DNA from: Octopus vulgaris
Lineage: Eukaryota
Length of the DNA: 64,000 nt
Assembly (NCBI GenBank): GCA_951406725.2
Contig: OX597817.1
Span: 13,144,001-13,208,000, forward strand
Reading direction: 5' to 3'
Each line of letters starts with the position of its first letter. Position 1 is the stretch's first letter. Position numbers and translations under genes: made by a program. The notes under the pieces were generated by a model. It had not been told where the DNA came from. It did not search any database and saw only the letters and a program-made list of their open reading frames with translations. Of the stretch, positions 1 through 13,829 are shown one piece after another.

Positions 1-640
1 TGACCACAGTCAAATAATGGACACTAAGTAATATGTATATGAGAGAGATGTATTAATTATAAATACAACAGTGATGGTTCATTAATAGCCTACGTTGATT
101 ATTGACTGTTAAAATATATCTTCAAGAGCAATTAGGTGCAGATTAGGTTAACATATTCAAACTTATTAGTTTAACCAAAGAAATCAAATGATTTGTAAAG
201 CACATCATAAAAAAGTGAATCTAGGTCAATTATACAAATGCACCATCTATTAAATAGCTTAGCAGCTGATTTCTGCTTTTTATTTCAGGTTTAATTTTAA
301 TTCTTTCTCACAAAGTAACTTGTTTTACAAATATGTGTTTTGAAACAAAGACAGTTTTTATTGTCAAAACACAAATCATGAAATTAAATATTTTTTTCTT
401 TTTTACTAACCTGAATATTTTTCGTTAGTTTCCATAACTATTTACAATTAAATGTATTGAAATAGTATTATTGTCACTGGCTAACATGCATTTTTTATGA
501 CAGAATAGATGAGTGCAAATAGCAATATAATTTCCAGTTGTCCAACAAAGTGATGCATAGCAGACATGAAGAGCATTGACATTTTGAGCTAAAAATAATG
601 ATTTTTTAGTTCATTTGGAGCCAAAAGATGAGCATATGAT

Positions 641-1060
641 AGGCGCAGGAGTGGCTGTGTGGTAAGTAGCTTGCTAACCAACCACATGGTTCCGGGTTCA
701 GTCCCACTGCGTGGCATCTTGGGCAAGTGTCTTCTGCTATAGCCCCAGGCCGACCAATGCCTTGTGAGTGGATTTGGTAGACGGAAACTGAAAGAAGCCT
801 GTCATATATATGTATATATATATATGTGTGTGTGTGTGTGTTTGTGTCTGCTGTGTTTGTCCCCCTAGCATTGCTTGACAACCGATGCTGGTGTGTTTAC
901 GTCCCCGTCACTTAGCGGTTCGGCAAAAAGAGACCGATAGAATAAGTACTGGGCTTACAAAGAATAAGTCCCGGGGTCGAGTTGCTCGACTAAAGGCGGT
1001 GCTCCAGCATGGCCGCAGTCAAATGACTGAAACAAGTAAAAGAATAAAAGAGTAAAAGAA
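641..1060 (+). mobile_element. SINE family A (tRNA-like head, CORE-like TTGGGCAAGT, internal (TA)n(TG)n, (GTAAAAGA)n tail)
   Basis: Near-identical copies at 2464-2870(+), 21620-22410 (nested), 24166-24555(-), 44143-44583(+), 52007-52386(-), 52750-53138(-), 57378-57748(+). Confidence 0.9.
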
Positions 1061-2463
1061 TGTGTGTATGTGTGCGTAGAAAGGAGGTGCATGAAAATGA
1101 TGTGAGAAATATAGTGTAAATGAGGATATAAAGATGAAGCAGATAATGGGGGAAAATTCACATCCAAAATACTGACAGGCAACACATATTTCATCATCAT
1201 CATCATCATCGTTCAGCGTCCGTTTTCCATGCTAGCTTGGGTTGGACGGTTCTACTGGGGTCTGTGAAGCCAGAAGGCTTCATCAGGCCCAGTCAAATCT
1301 GGCAGTGTTTCTACGGCTGGATGCCCTTCCTAACGCCAACCACTCCTTGAGTGTAGTGGGTGCTTTTTACGTGCCACCCGCACAGGTGCCAGACGGAGCT
1401 GGCAAACGGCCACGAACGGATGGTGCTTTTTATGTGCCACCGGCACAAGGGCCGGGCGAGGCTGGCAACGGACACGAAACGGGGCAGTGCTGGCAACGGT
1501 CGCGAAACGGAAGGTTCTCTTACATGCCACCGGCACTGGTAACACATCTGCAATTTCCATTGATCGATTTCCATTCTGATCCTCACTTGCCTCAACATTT
1601 AGTTGTCTTTAATCTCGTATCATCTTACAGCTGGAATCTAATTTTTGTGAGCTGATCTATTTCTTGGTCTATTATAACTCTAGTTATAAGAAATCAATAT
1701 CCAGCGTTTTCATACAATGTACACCATCTATTATTATTGTGTTCATATGAATAATGCCCCCAGTGACCTTTTTTTTTTTTTTTTTTAATTTATAAACATC
1801 TAGTTTATTTCTCAATTAAGGTACTACTTTAAATTCAATTCTAATGTTTGGGTTAATAGTTTAGTGACTAAAAAGATGAAAATGTTTATGTTGTGGCTTC
1901 AAATTCTGACTCAAATAGGTATCTATCTCTAAAGTATCTCATCCAGAAAATAGAGATTAACTTTCTTTCACAAGAAATTTCAGAAGGGTAACATTGGCTT
2001 CTGTTTATAAACATATGCAAATGTTGATAAATGCAAATCATAAAATGTATGATGTAAACATTTCCTGATTCTCAAAATGGCATTAAAGTCAGGTGCTCAT
2101 CTCTGGTGTTACTGCATTAACCCTTTAACATTCACATTATTCGGTCAAAAGTAATACCAATTTATTCATAGTTTTGAAATAAGTATACATTATTTTGTAG
2201 CTTTGAGATTTTGATAAGGTAACTGCAAAGTTTTAGAATGGTATTGTAGGGTTGGTGTGAGAGGCCAGAACTGGCTGATTTGAACATAAAACTTGTAGAA
2301 TATTTTGGGCAGATATGGCTAATTTAAATGCTAAAGTGTTAAATGCAATACAGATAAATCTTCCCTTGGACAGGATACCAGTATATTTCTGGTAATATTT
2401 TTAAATGACTTATAATCTATTCTTGAAAGTAAGGTGAAATGAATTGAAGCATATAAAATTATA

Positions 2464-2619
2464 GTGGCTGTGTGGTAAGTAGCTTGCTAACCAACCACAT
2501 GGTTCCGGGTTCAGTCCCACTGCGTGGCATCTTGGGCAAGTGTCTTCTGCTATAGCCCCGGGCCAACCAATGCCTTGTGAGTGGATTTAGTAGACGGAAA
2601 CTGAAAGAAGCCTGTCGTA

Positions 2620-2662
<43 letters not shown>

Positions 2663-2870
2663 CTGTGTTTGTCCCCCTAGCTTTGCTTGACAACCGATGC
2701 TGGTGTGTTTACGTCCCTGTCACTTAGCGGTTCAGCAAAAGAGACCGATAGAATAAGTACTGGGCTTACAAAGAATAAGTCCCGGGGTCGATTTGCTTGA
2801 CTAAAGGCGGTGCTCCAGCATGGCCGCTGTCAAATGACTGAAACAAGTAAAAGAGTAAAAAAGTAAAGAG
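2464..2870 (+). mobile_element. SINE family A copy
   Basis: Sequence identity to 641-1060. Confidence 0.9.
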
Positions 2871-3867
2871 TATATGGCAATATACTTACAGAGTATTTCA
2901 ACTCCAAACTACTGAATTATTGGGTCGTCAGAGAATGTTCCCATCTATTTTAATACTTTCCAATGTTATTTGACTTAGCACAAAAAATATTTTATTATGG
3001 TGCTTTATGATTTTTTTGTACTTCTATTCTTCCTCTACAAGTTCTGTCTATTGCTTTTGTAATCTGAATGAACTTTACCTTTTTTTTAAGATTTGAAGAT
3101 GGAGTGCCAAAAAGAAAAAAAAAAATATCTGACAGCCCTATAGAAGTCATTCATCATTTCCACTCAGCTTTTTCACTTTCATTAATCAAAAAGATGTCAT
3201 TATATAAATGATTATGTAGAATAAGAATCTGATCATTCAACAATAGCTTTTGAATTCAAAATACCCAATTAACAAAAGTAAAAGAAACATGACTTATACA
3301 TCCCTAAAGCTAATATTAATTTGAAATTCAGGTAAAAGAAAAGAGTGCATTAATAAAATCTTAATTAAATATTCATATATAGGACTCGCTTTCACGAATA
3401 AGAATTGTTATCATTCTCTTCATTATCGCATCTGTACTTTATTTTCTTCGACTTTCTATTTATTTTACAAAACAGAATTGCTAAAAACTTGAAAAGTATG
3501 AATATGTTTTAAAAAGAAAATAGGAATTGCAAAATAAAATCAAAACGGAAAATGAGTCACCTAATATACACAGCTATATGTACAAGTCCATACAAACACA
3601 TCAAATCACATTAAAAGCAACAGTTCTGAATATAGTTAGCAAATATTGAGTAAAAGACTACAAAAACAAAGGAATTGGTAGAGGGATGGAACCAATAACA
3701 AACAGGCTATTCATGAAGATTTAGGAAACTATTATCCCTTGATGGATTCTCTCTCTATACATGACAGTGAAACATGAATACTGGAAGCATATAATCACTG
3801 GAAAGTAATGAGATGGGTACGATTTCTTGGATGACTAATCTGAATTAAAGAACAGCCTAACTTCAAA

Positions 3868-4262
3868 TCTTATATAAAAGTGAGGTTGTGTGCTGTCTGT
3901 CTCCTACGATTTAGATTCCTAACTACTCCCACATTTTGCGGTGCAGTTTAACCAAAACTGGGTATCTTATAGTCGTGATTCATATCGAGCCCTTCTGGGT
4001 ATTAGCGCACGTCTACGATGAGTCTACGATTTTAAAAGGAATTTACCATCAATTTTTCCCATTTTAATGCATTTTTGGCATATATAAGGGAAGTAACTCT
4101 CTAAAAATTTATTATTAAATCTCAGAACGTAAAAAGCTACAGTAACACCCCTCCCCCTTTGTGGTTGACCATATTGAGATGGCTATTATACTTTACATCT
4201 CTAAAAATGCTTCTATAGTTATTTCCCTTACAAACCCGAGCAACGCCGGGCGATACTGCTAG
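3868..4262 (+). mobile_element. Non-autonomous Helitron
   Basis: A|TC 5' end, 3' hairpin CCCGAGCAACGCCGGG, CTAG|T end, no TSD. Second copy at 36703-37100(-). Confidence 0.85.
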
Positions 4263-4686
4263 TGACTTAATAAAGCAGCATTGTTAATAATGCGAATGAG
4301 ATCGTTATATTAATAATGAGAACAGGTAACATGCTGGGGGGAAAAAGTGCCGTGAAAATTTTACAAAAACAGGAGGAGGTGGCTAAAAGACCCCTAAACA
4401 ACAACCCAAGCTGCAGAAAATGGATGAATTAGCTTGCATAAACCATAACACACAGTGTAACAAGTGAGATGGTACAAAATAGCTATGCATTGATATTTGC
4501 TATACAAGCATGAGAAACAAATAGCTGATGCAAAAGGAAATTGTTACATGCAAAAACCAGACTAAGATGAACAGAAAAGATTTTTGAGAAATGGCAGTTA
4601 TTGTTAACTTTATCATTTTTTATGAATATGTACTTAGTACACCAAATCCTGAGTTTCTCTTCCAGCTAATTTTACATACACACACA

Positions 4687-4725
<39 letters not shown>

Positions 4726-5188
4726 GACCGTGGCCGTTGCCAGCCCCGCCTGGCACCTGTGCAGGTGGCACGTAAAAAGCACCCACTACACTCACGGAGT
4801 GGTTGGCGTTAGGAAGGGCATCCAGCTGTAGAAACATTGCCAGATTAGACTGGAGCCGGGTGCAGCCTTCTGGCTTCCCAGAACCCCGGTCGAACCGTCC
4901 AACCCATGCTAGCATGGAGAACGGACGTTAAACGACGATGATGATGATGATGATGATATATATATATATATATTTTGTGAAATAGAAAGATGAATAATCT
5001 TGTTGCAGATTAATCAAAAGTTTAACCGATACCTTGGTAGCAAAAATCACAGCAGAAGACAGCACGGTTGGAGGTACAACCCTATGGTGTTGCAACCGTG
5101 CGTTGGTGCGGATAATTGAATTTTAATATTATTAGTGAATTGAAGAAATGGAGTTGAACGAAGATTGAACAGAAATCGTTTTATTGCA

Positions 5189-5269
5189 TTCTACACGTGT
5201 TTCGAAAGGCACAATTTACCAAATTCCGATTGAATAAGGAGACCATAATTGTGTCTTTCTCTTCAGGAA
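5189..5269 (-). ncRNA. Hammerhead ribozyme motif, inverted copy
   Basis: Reverse complement of 5375-5454 with the core intact. Confidence 0.85.
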
Positions 5270-5374
5270 GAAATAGGAAATCCGTTGGAAAAAACAAAAA
5301 CAGAACAGAGGCGGAGCAAAACAAATCGAATGAGGCTCCTAAGAGCCCGTTTTTTCCAACGGATTTCCTATTTC

Positions 5375-5454
5375 TTCCTGAAGAGAAAGACACAATATGG
5401 TCTCCTTATTCAATCGGAATTTGGTAAATTGTGCCTTTCGAAACACGTGTAGAA
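5375..5454 (+). ncRNA. Type I (Penelope-type) hammerhead ribozyme motif
   Basis: UUC-CUGAAGA-[GAAAGACACAAU...AUUGUGCCUUUC]-GAAAC-ACGU-GUA^GAA. Palindromic helix III (ACACGUGU). AATAAA at 5458. Confidence 0.85.
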
Positions 5455-6287
5455 TGCAATAAAACGATTTCTGTTCAATCTTCGTTCAACTCCATTTCTT
5501 CAATTCACTAATAATATATATATATATATATATCTTTAGTTAAATATATTCAATGAGAATATACTGAATTTATATTAAGTGCTCAATTGCACCAAAGTAT
5601 TAATACTATTAAAGTATTTATATATTTAATACGAGCGACATATACATATATATATTTTATAACAATATATCATTATTATTATTAATATAAGGAAACCAAT
5701 ACTAAAACTCCTTGTAAAGATATAACCGTGCGAAAATAGTTGTTGTAGTAAAAATCCATAAATAAATAAATATAAATATATATAAAAATATATGCAAATA
5801 TGTATAAGTATAAACACAATGTATAAATATATATGAGAGATTAAAAATTATGAATTAAGCATCTTACGATTGTTTCATAGAAGAGTTGTCCCTATAATGA
5901 AATCCTATAGTGACAGCTGACATGTGGCACTCAGTGCACCTGTACAAACAACATCAATTTGATGGAGAGAATGAGCTAATGTGTGACTTGAACATTTGAT
6001 CACCATAAACAAATCAATTTGCAGGTCGTTCGGCAAAAGCTGCATGCTCATATGTCATCTTCGATGGGAGACTCCATCATCTATATCATCATCATCATCC
6101 TTTAACGTCTGCTTTCCATGCTAGCATGGATTGGACGATTTGACTGAGGACTGGCAAACCAGATGGCTGCGCCAGGCTCCAATCTAATCTGGCAGAGTTT
6201 CTACAGCTGGATGCCCTTCCTAATGCCAACCACTCCGAGAGTGTAGTGGGTGCTTTTACGTGCCACCTGCACAATGGCCAGTCTGGC

Positions 6288-6345
<58 letters not shown>

Positions 6346-9300
6346 TCCATCAATTCATTGAGCTTTGATTCTCTTTGCAGCAGCCTTCTGCTTTGATTCT
6401 TGAATTCAAAGAGTAACAAACTCTCCCCACTCTCAATGCACCATAGACTGTCTTTCAATGTAGTTAGCTTGTTCTAAACACATGCATTATGCTGGAGCAA
6501 TAAGATTTGGATGTGTCTGCCATGCTAATGTCTTTCAAACAGAAAATAATCTACCAAATTTACAACATTTCATTCATGAAAAACATGCAGCTAAAACTAT
6601 CAAATTCTCTAAATAATGATAATTTCCCATAAGTTCTCCCTGAAAAACCACACTTTCTACACATTTCATCGCAAAAGGATAGATTTTTTTTTTTTAAAGG
6701 ACCAGGCAACTATTTCAACACTAAATACCTGCTTATCTTTTATAAATCTCAAATACTCTTTTTATCAGAGTAACATAACTACATGTATCTCCTAGGCCTG
6801 AATGGATCTATATGAGTTTCATCAGCATCATCATCATCATCGTTTAACATCCGCTTTCCATGCTAGCATGGGTTGGACGGTTTGACTGGGGTCTTGGAAG
6901 CCAGAAGGCTGCACCAGGCCAGTCAGATCTGGCAGTGTTTCTACAGCTGGATGCCCTTCCTAACACCAACCACTCCGTGAGTGTAGTGGGTGTTTTTTAT
7001 GTGCCACCGACACAGGTGCCAGACAAGGCTGGCGAACGGCCACGCTCGGATGGTGTTTGTTCATGGAAATATAAATGTTGTTGTCTTTTGGGAGGAATGG
7101 GAATAAAATGCTTGCTTCAAAAACCTTTAGAATGGATTTAAGTGCATAATCCAAGAGTGAGAAGTTCAGGTATTTAATACCTTCTGTTTCTAAATGTGCT
7201 ACTTTATAAAATGAAACACATTATCACTCATGTCCTCGATTTATCAAATGAATATCCACCTGTTTAGTTAACCCTTTAATCAACATTCACCAGCACTTCT
7301 ATACTCTCTATTATCAAACCATTCCTCAGAATCGTTGACTCCATATCATATTCACACCAAGAGTTGTTACTTTAGTCAACGCACTCTAAATTAAACAAAT
7401 ATTAAATTTAGCTAGATAATTAAATGAAATACAAGTACCTGTACATTAGTATAAATGATACAAGCCCATAAGTACTGTACTGTATCAGTAAATTAGTCTG
7501 GCAGCCACAAGAATTTGAAGCTCCTGCCTGTAAATTAATGCATTTTTATCTTTTATAACCATTCCAATGCTATCTCCAAGTAAGTATTTCTTATGAAAGA
7601 GAAAGAATTAGTCATTTTTTTTAAACACCTACTGTAGTTCTGTAACTTAGTGGGGGATGTTATTTATGAGATCATGAAAAAGCAATATTAAATATCTAGT
7701 CAGCTTGACATGCCATGTCAAACAAGCATTCTCCTCTACTTTCACTTTTAGTCAATCTAATACGTATTTAATTATCTCTGGAAAATTCCCGGAAAAATGA
7801 AAACAATGATCATCCAGCCGCTATTAGAACCGTCAACTCCAAAGCTGTTATTAATAGCAAGTATCAATCTCAGTATTTTTAACTGAGCACTAACTTGATT
7901 GCCCATATTATTACACTATTTATATTCCTTCCCTTCAATACATACCTCTTTATTTGTCTCCATACTTCCTTAGCAAAGATACAACAACCAAAAATAAAAA
8001 AACATCTTTCATCAAGTGATATCTGTTTTATATGGCGTAGTTGTGGCTAAGTTTGAAACATGTAAAAGATATGGGTTAAAATAAATGGCATAATAAACTG
8101 ATGATGCTAAAAATATAAGATTAAGAATAAAATACACGGTATGTAAACCTATTGAGTTTGATGTCTAAATATATTATGTCAAATATATGATATATTATTT
8201 AATTTGAGAGAGGGGGGTCACATGATATACTGAAATGATGACTATGGCCATAAGCTAATGAAACTTTCAGCTTGAGAAAATTTACAAAATAATAGAGACA
8301 AAGATTTTGTCAATCTATCTTGAGTTACTAATTTATGTATTGTAAAAATCTATAACAAGATATCTTTTGGTTTCCCTGAAATCATCAACATAAAACAATG
8401 GTATCCAATCTGAAAAGTGTTTTTCCTAAATTACATGTTTTGTAAAAGATGAAGAGAAGAAATAAAAGTTGAAATAGCAATTAATCACAAAAAAAGAATT
8501 TGAAATAACACTTTTTGGACAAGGCTTTCAAAGGTGATGGGCATTGCCTATCTTCCTCTAATTAAATAATAATATGATAAAAAAAAAAGCTCCTTGATTC
8601 ATTATGTGTACATAGAGTATTGTAAAATAAACTTCCAAATGCAGAAACTTATTTTGACAGTCTTCACATGATGCAGTGTTGAATGTTGGGCCAAACTGCG
8701 TTATTACAAAACATTTCTAATAAACCCGAAGGAATTAAAACTGTCTGATTGAAGTTCATTTTCTCTATTTCTTTGTTGATCACTATCAGAGATGTTAATA
8801 ATAAATGACAATGTTGGCATCCATGACATTCTCCCATCACTCACTCAGTTCACTCTCTTCTATCACCTACTTTCCTTCCACCTACTCTCTATCCCTCTAT
8901 CATACTGCTCCTGTCATCTCTATTTAATTTCCTTACACCCAATCATCTATCACTCTCTGCTTTCCTCTGCCTGGTCTTTTTTGTTACACTCTTGCTCCTA
9001 TCAATCTGGTTCTCTACAATTATCCCTCTTCTATCTGCCAGGGATAAGATAACCCTCTCCTTTCATTTCCTTTTTACTTAATGTCCATTTTCCATGGTGG
9101 CATGAACTGAATGTTTTGACCAGAGCTGGCAAGCTGCTCTAAGTTCCAATCTGATTTGGCAAGGTTTCTATGGTTGGATGTGCTTCCTAATGCCAACCAC
9201 TTTATAGTGTGTGCTGGTTGGTTTTAACATGCCACTGGCACAAGTGCTCCTTATGTGGCACCGGCACAAGTGTTTTTTATGTGGCACAGGCACAGGACTC

Positions 9301-9419
9301 TCGCAGGCCGAGCATCTTCACCAGGAGAATGCAGCCTTAACACTTCTGCTGTGGAGGCTGGGTCTTCTGGTATTAGTAAATGAATGAATGGAAATATCAT
9401 AAAGGAGAGGACTCTTTAG

Positions 9420-9765
9420 TTTTAAAAGATACACAACAATCTCTTTTGTGTTGGTGTGACAATAAAATGCACCCAGCACGTTTTGTAAAGTGGTGGGCAT
9501 ATGAAAAACATCCAGCCATAGAAACTCTGTCAAAAATCAAATGCATGAGTATGATGTGGTCATCAACTCACCTAGGAGGGCAAAAACTCTGAATAAAAAT
9601 TAATCAGTCCACAAAGGGCATTAAAAGTGGGAGGTAAAATGATGACAATGAATGCATTAGGCATCAAAACAAGCAGTATGGCCTGCCTTTCATGCAATAA
9701 AATGCAATTAGTGTTATCCCATTGCAGAAAGCTAAATGGAATGCACAGGCACATACTCAGTTTAA
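9420..9765 (+). repeat. Local direct duplication, second copy at 14427-14761
   Basis: About 340 bp of near-identical sequence 5 kb apart, made of a decayed family D SINE plus flank. Confidence 0.85.
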
Positions 9766-10091
9766 AGTTCTGAAGGTCAATCATTCAGAGCACAATATAG
9801 GCAAGAAGGAACTTTCAAAGGGACACAAATTTTAGGAGGAATATTGGAGAAACGTTAATAAGTAGTAACTCCAACACAGAAAATGGGTCAGTTGAAGGAG
9901 AAATTGATAACTCAATAGGGTTTAGGTGAAGGAGATATAGACTCAGCATGTTCAGAAAAGAAGAGACAATCATATTAGCAGTAGATGAGTACAAAAGAGG
10001 ACACAACTCAGTAGTGCCCAAGTAATTAAAGAATTGTAGTTATTGAAGCCTTTTTGAATGAGTTGAAGTGAACTTCAATAGCACAGAAAGC

Positions 10092-10508
10092 GGATCTTTT
10101 CGGTTTGAACGGCAATTTTTTCTAGCAGTGTCATATGAAATTGTCACCCATAATCATGACCCTAGTATCGATCTATTGCATTTCAATCTGTTTTAGGGTT
10201 AGGGTTAGGGGTGGGGGGAAGGGTATCTTTTTTTTTTCACAAATGTAAATAAACCCAATCTGTTTCTTAAACGAGGGACATATTCATATGGTACAGAATG
10301 TTTTTTACCTCAAATATGTCAGTGATTGGTTGAAATTGCAGAAATTGAAGAAAAAAAAACAACAAATATCTTAGAAACTATAGAATTTTCTCAATAAAGC
10401 CAAGAGAAAAAGATGTTTTATAAACACATTCTACCAGTATACGAAGTTTAAAATTTTTTAGTTACCTAGAAATTATGTTAAAAACTGCTGTTCAAACCGA
10501 AAAGATCC
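10092..10508. mobile_element. MITE with an 8-bp TSD (Merlin- or hAT-like) and an internal TTAGGG run
   Basis: TIR GGATCTTTTCGGTTTGAAC. TSD cagaaagc at 10084 and 10509. Confidence 0.85.
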
Positions 10509-11479
10509 CAGAAAGCTTCTGATGAGTCCATGCAGAGGTAGCCTCATCAGGTTCTTTACTAATGATGATGTTAAGCTCCAGAGCAGCTTTCAAGTAGACC
10601 TATGATTGAGTGTTCCAGACTTGATGTAAAAGTAAGGACTATGGGCTGACATTTTTTTAAAATAACATTTTTCATTTTTAGAGATGCCGTCCATAATCAA
10701 ATTAATGTTGAGAGGAAAAGACAACATGGACTCATAAGCTCATTGACTAAATCTTTTCAGGAAGTATGAGACACTAAACCAGGCATGTTTCAGTCTTCTT
10801 AGACCTCCTCATTTCTTATCTTGGGAACTAAAACCACTTGCTTCATGTTCATAACAAAAAGAAAAAAGCTACGCAAAATAAAAGGTATTAGCATTTTTTT
10901 TTTTTGACGTAGAGACAATTTATTGAAAACCTTTCAGAAGAGAATAGAAAATGTCACGGTTATAATTATAAATTTAGTTCAATTTCAGCAGCAGTTAGTT
11001 TGTTTAGTCTCATACAGCAAGTAAAAGAAAGAAAAAAAACTGTAAGAAACGAATATTCTTTCCGTTATTCAACTATCAACAATAATGGTATTGTGTTGCT
11101 CTGACCTGGCCTTCCAATCCGACAATGTTAAATAATATCTTTATCAAAATATCAAGTTGTTTTACGTTTAGTCATGAGATAAAATTGAATAATTTCTCTT
11201 ATCTTTGAAGAAATTGCTATCTAACTTCACAGGCACGGAAAATATCAATCAGTTCATAGTTTTCTCTCATTTAACCTTTGAGGGGAGAGAGAGGGAGAGA
11301 GGGGGGGAGAAAGGTTAATTTCTCTTATTTTACAAAAATTGCGATTTAATCCCGTCGTTTTGGAAGATACAAGACCCGTCCAAAGAGAATGCCGAGAAAA
11401 AGATCATTCCTTATGGTGGTTAATAGATAAATATTGGTTTTTAACCGAAAACAAATTTTTAAAAGATCGCCAGCCAGTG

Positions 11480-11995
11480 CAAGGTCAGGTCAGGTCAGAT
11501 ATGGGGGCATATGCCGTTGCAGCGCGTCGGTTCGTACACCATTTATTAGTATTTGATCGGGTTATCCAGGGCAACCCTCAGAGTGGTTCCCAGTCAATTC
11601 CCATCAACATGAAATACTTCCTCTTCCGCCATAACCGTGAGGCATGTGGCCGACCAACACGAACAGTCACCCTAACCAGATCCTCAGAAGAGAAATTGGT
11701 AAGTAGGCTAAATCGGAAAATCCAGCAATGTGACCGAACAGTCTAAGTTGGTGCTCCCGGATCATACAAGTAACATGACACATCTCAGTTTCTAACTATA
11801 ATCGTTGGTTGGAAACGAATTCCAACCAATAGTAGTCCATTATTCTGTAAAGCGTCCTGGTACTGAAAGAGCTCGGGTGGCCCCTCTGGGGGTCCAGACA
11901 CTTTCCAAGTCTCGCAACTTAGCAATACAAGGAAAACCAGAGACCTGAAGACATGAACTTTTGTCAGCATGCTTGGATATCGGCAGTCGGTGTCA
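11480..11995 (-). mobile_element. RTE-like LINE 3' fragment with a (CCTGA)n tail
   Basis: KVHVFRSLVFLVLLSCETW motif and a short tandem tail at about 11483-11498. Confidence 0.7.
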
Positions 11996-12269
11996 AACAA
12001 ACAAATTGCTGAAATTTAACACAATCATAACATTGAATCATTTCATGTTTTCTTACTTTGGAAGATATTGAGTAACTTGTCTTACTCAATAATAAAGATA
12101 AATGAATGAATTAAATGTTTCCGTCCACTACCGGATAACACAAACCCTATTGGTCTACTTCCATTATCGAATAGTTCTATAATATTGGATTAAGAAGACA
12201 CTCATTTCTGGACCTCCGAACAACAAAAACATGCTAAAAACAAACAGCAGTGGTGATGACTGAACAGGG

Positions 12270-12745
12270 GAAAATTTCAGAATTTAAATTTAAGAAAGGC
12301 GTTAGGCAAGGTTGTATGCTATCCTCTAAGCTATTTAATATACTCTGAGAAAATCTTCAGAGAAGTAGATGTGCCAAGTTTGACAATAGGAAGTATGGAT
12401 ATCAACCCTGTATATGCAGACGGTTCTGCTTTAGTAATTTTTAATACAAAGGATCCTATAGCTAGAGTAAATGACAAATGAATTTCCCGTGGAATGGAAA
12501 TGAAAGGGAAGAAAATTAAATCAAAGGCAAGTCATAAAAAATAAATATTACAATTGAGGAAAAGCCAATTGAATTATACATCAAGGATAACTATACTTCG
12601 AATATATACAATCAGAAAATAAGGAAATGCGACGAAGAATACAGAAGGGGAATTTGGTAAAATGTCAAATATATTACCAACACTAAGAAAGATTAATATC
12701 AAAACTCCAAAGAGATTGTACACCTTTTATAACATGGTCATTTTA
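12270..12745 (+). mobile_element. Decayed RTE-like RT fragment (further pieces at about 13200-13790)
   Basis: KKGVRQGCMLSSKLFNIYSEKIFRE...YADGSAL. Confidence 0.75.
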
Positions 12746-13458
12746 TAAGATTTTGCTGGCAAATTTTTAAATTAACAAATATTTATTTACATGAAAGAAA
12801 ATTGCCAGAGAACTTTCATCTAATTCTTCCAAATCTTTCTGTTAAAACTGTATTGAAACCATTTGTGGGGATTTTTTTTTTTTGCATCACAGCAACTGGT
12901 CGCACACAAGTTTTAACGGAAGCTACTGAAGCAAGCCAGCACACTCGCAGCATTACTACGGGCGATGATGGCAAGGCTTAAGGCGTTGAGAAAGCCAAGC
13001 GCCCTCACGGACATCACCTGATGCCTCGGTGAGGCGAGCTACCAACGTTGACAATAACTTTATATAAATAATAGTATAACACACACATATACATGCATAT
13101 ATATATATCATCATCGTTTAACATCCTTTTTCCATGCTAGCATGGGTTGGACGGTATATATATATATATATATATATATACATACATATATATACAAAGA
13201 GATCATGAAGGTGTTATGTGTGGCTCACTCTACTAAATGAAGGACCATTAATTAAAGTAATATCAAAAATAGCTTGTAAGCTTTTGTAGTGTGGATATAT
13301 TGAAGACTTTTGAGAATATCATGGACAAAAATGAAGTATTGAGAATAGTAAAAACTAAGAAAATTTTGTTCGAAATGTTAAAGAGAGTAAACTATATCTG
13401 GAACTGTTAATGGAAGGCAAAATGAATAGGAAGGTTTTTTAAAAAAAAGGGAGGAAAG

Positions 13459-13525
<67 letters not shown>

Positions 13526-13586
13526 AAGAGAGAAAGAAGGAAAGAGGGAGAAAACCCAAGAACCTATGTGGATGGAAAATATCAAG

Positions 13587-13683
13587 GTCGGAGGTAAAGA
13601 ATACGTACACCACCAATTTCCGGCGTAACAAAAACCCTTACCCTAAACCTAAACACCGGGTGTACGTATTCTTTACTTTCGCC
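13587..13683. mobile_element. Very small MITE (about 97 bp)
   Basis: TIR core GTAAAGAATACGTACACC. TSD atatcaag at 13579 and 13684. Confidence 0.75.
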
Positions 13684-13829
13684 ATATCAAGAACTGAACA
13701 GATCTAACATGCAGCGAATGTATAAAATAGTACAAGACTGAGATGGAGAGCCATGGTTTTCAACCTGCTTGAAAGCAGACGATACTTTTTAATCGCAGAC
13801 CTTTTAACGGCTGCCTACGTTAACACAAG

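Larger units (their letters stand above)
5126..5517. mobile_element. Penelope-like pseudo-LTR remnant arranged as a head-to-head inverted repeat
   Basis: Arms 5126-5295 and 5349-5517 are near-perfect reverse complements. Each has a hammerhead followed by a polyA signal. Confidence 0.75.

Noticed and set aside
10190-10215. Interstitial telomere (TTAGGG)n
   Set aside because: Only about three units, internal to a MITE.
10519-10551. CTGATGAG...CTCATCAG as a hammerhead
   Set aside because: No GAAA box or helix III; it is only a short inverted repeat.
10778-10818. Minus-strand AUGAGGA-GGUCU-AAGA-AGACU-GAAAC as a hammerhead
   Set aside because: C3 and the cleavage triplet are altered and helix I does not pair.
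12835-12860. LSVKTVLK resembling RUNDC3 exon 2 (FSVKTL)
   Set aside because: It is on the wrong strand and has no splice context or continuing similarity.
12960-13026. C/D-box snoRNA-like segment (GATGA...CTGA with a GGCG/TGCC stem)
   Set aside because: The C box is imperfect, it is antisense to the presumed host intron, and no guide target was identified.
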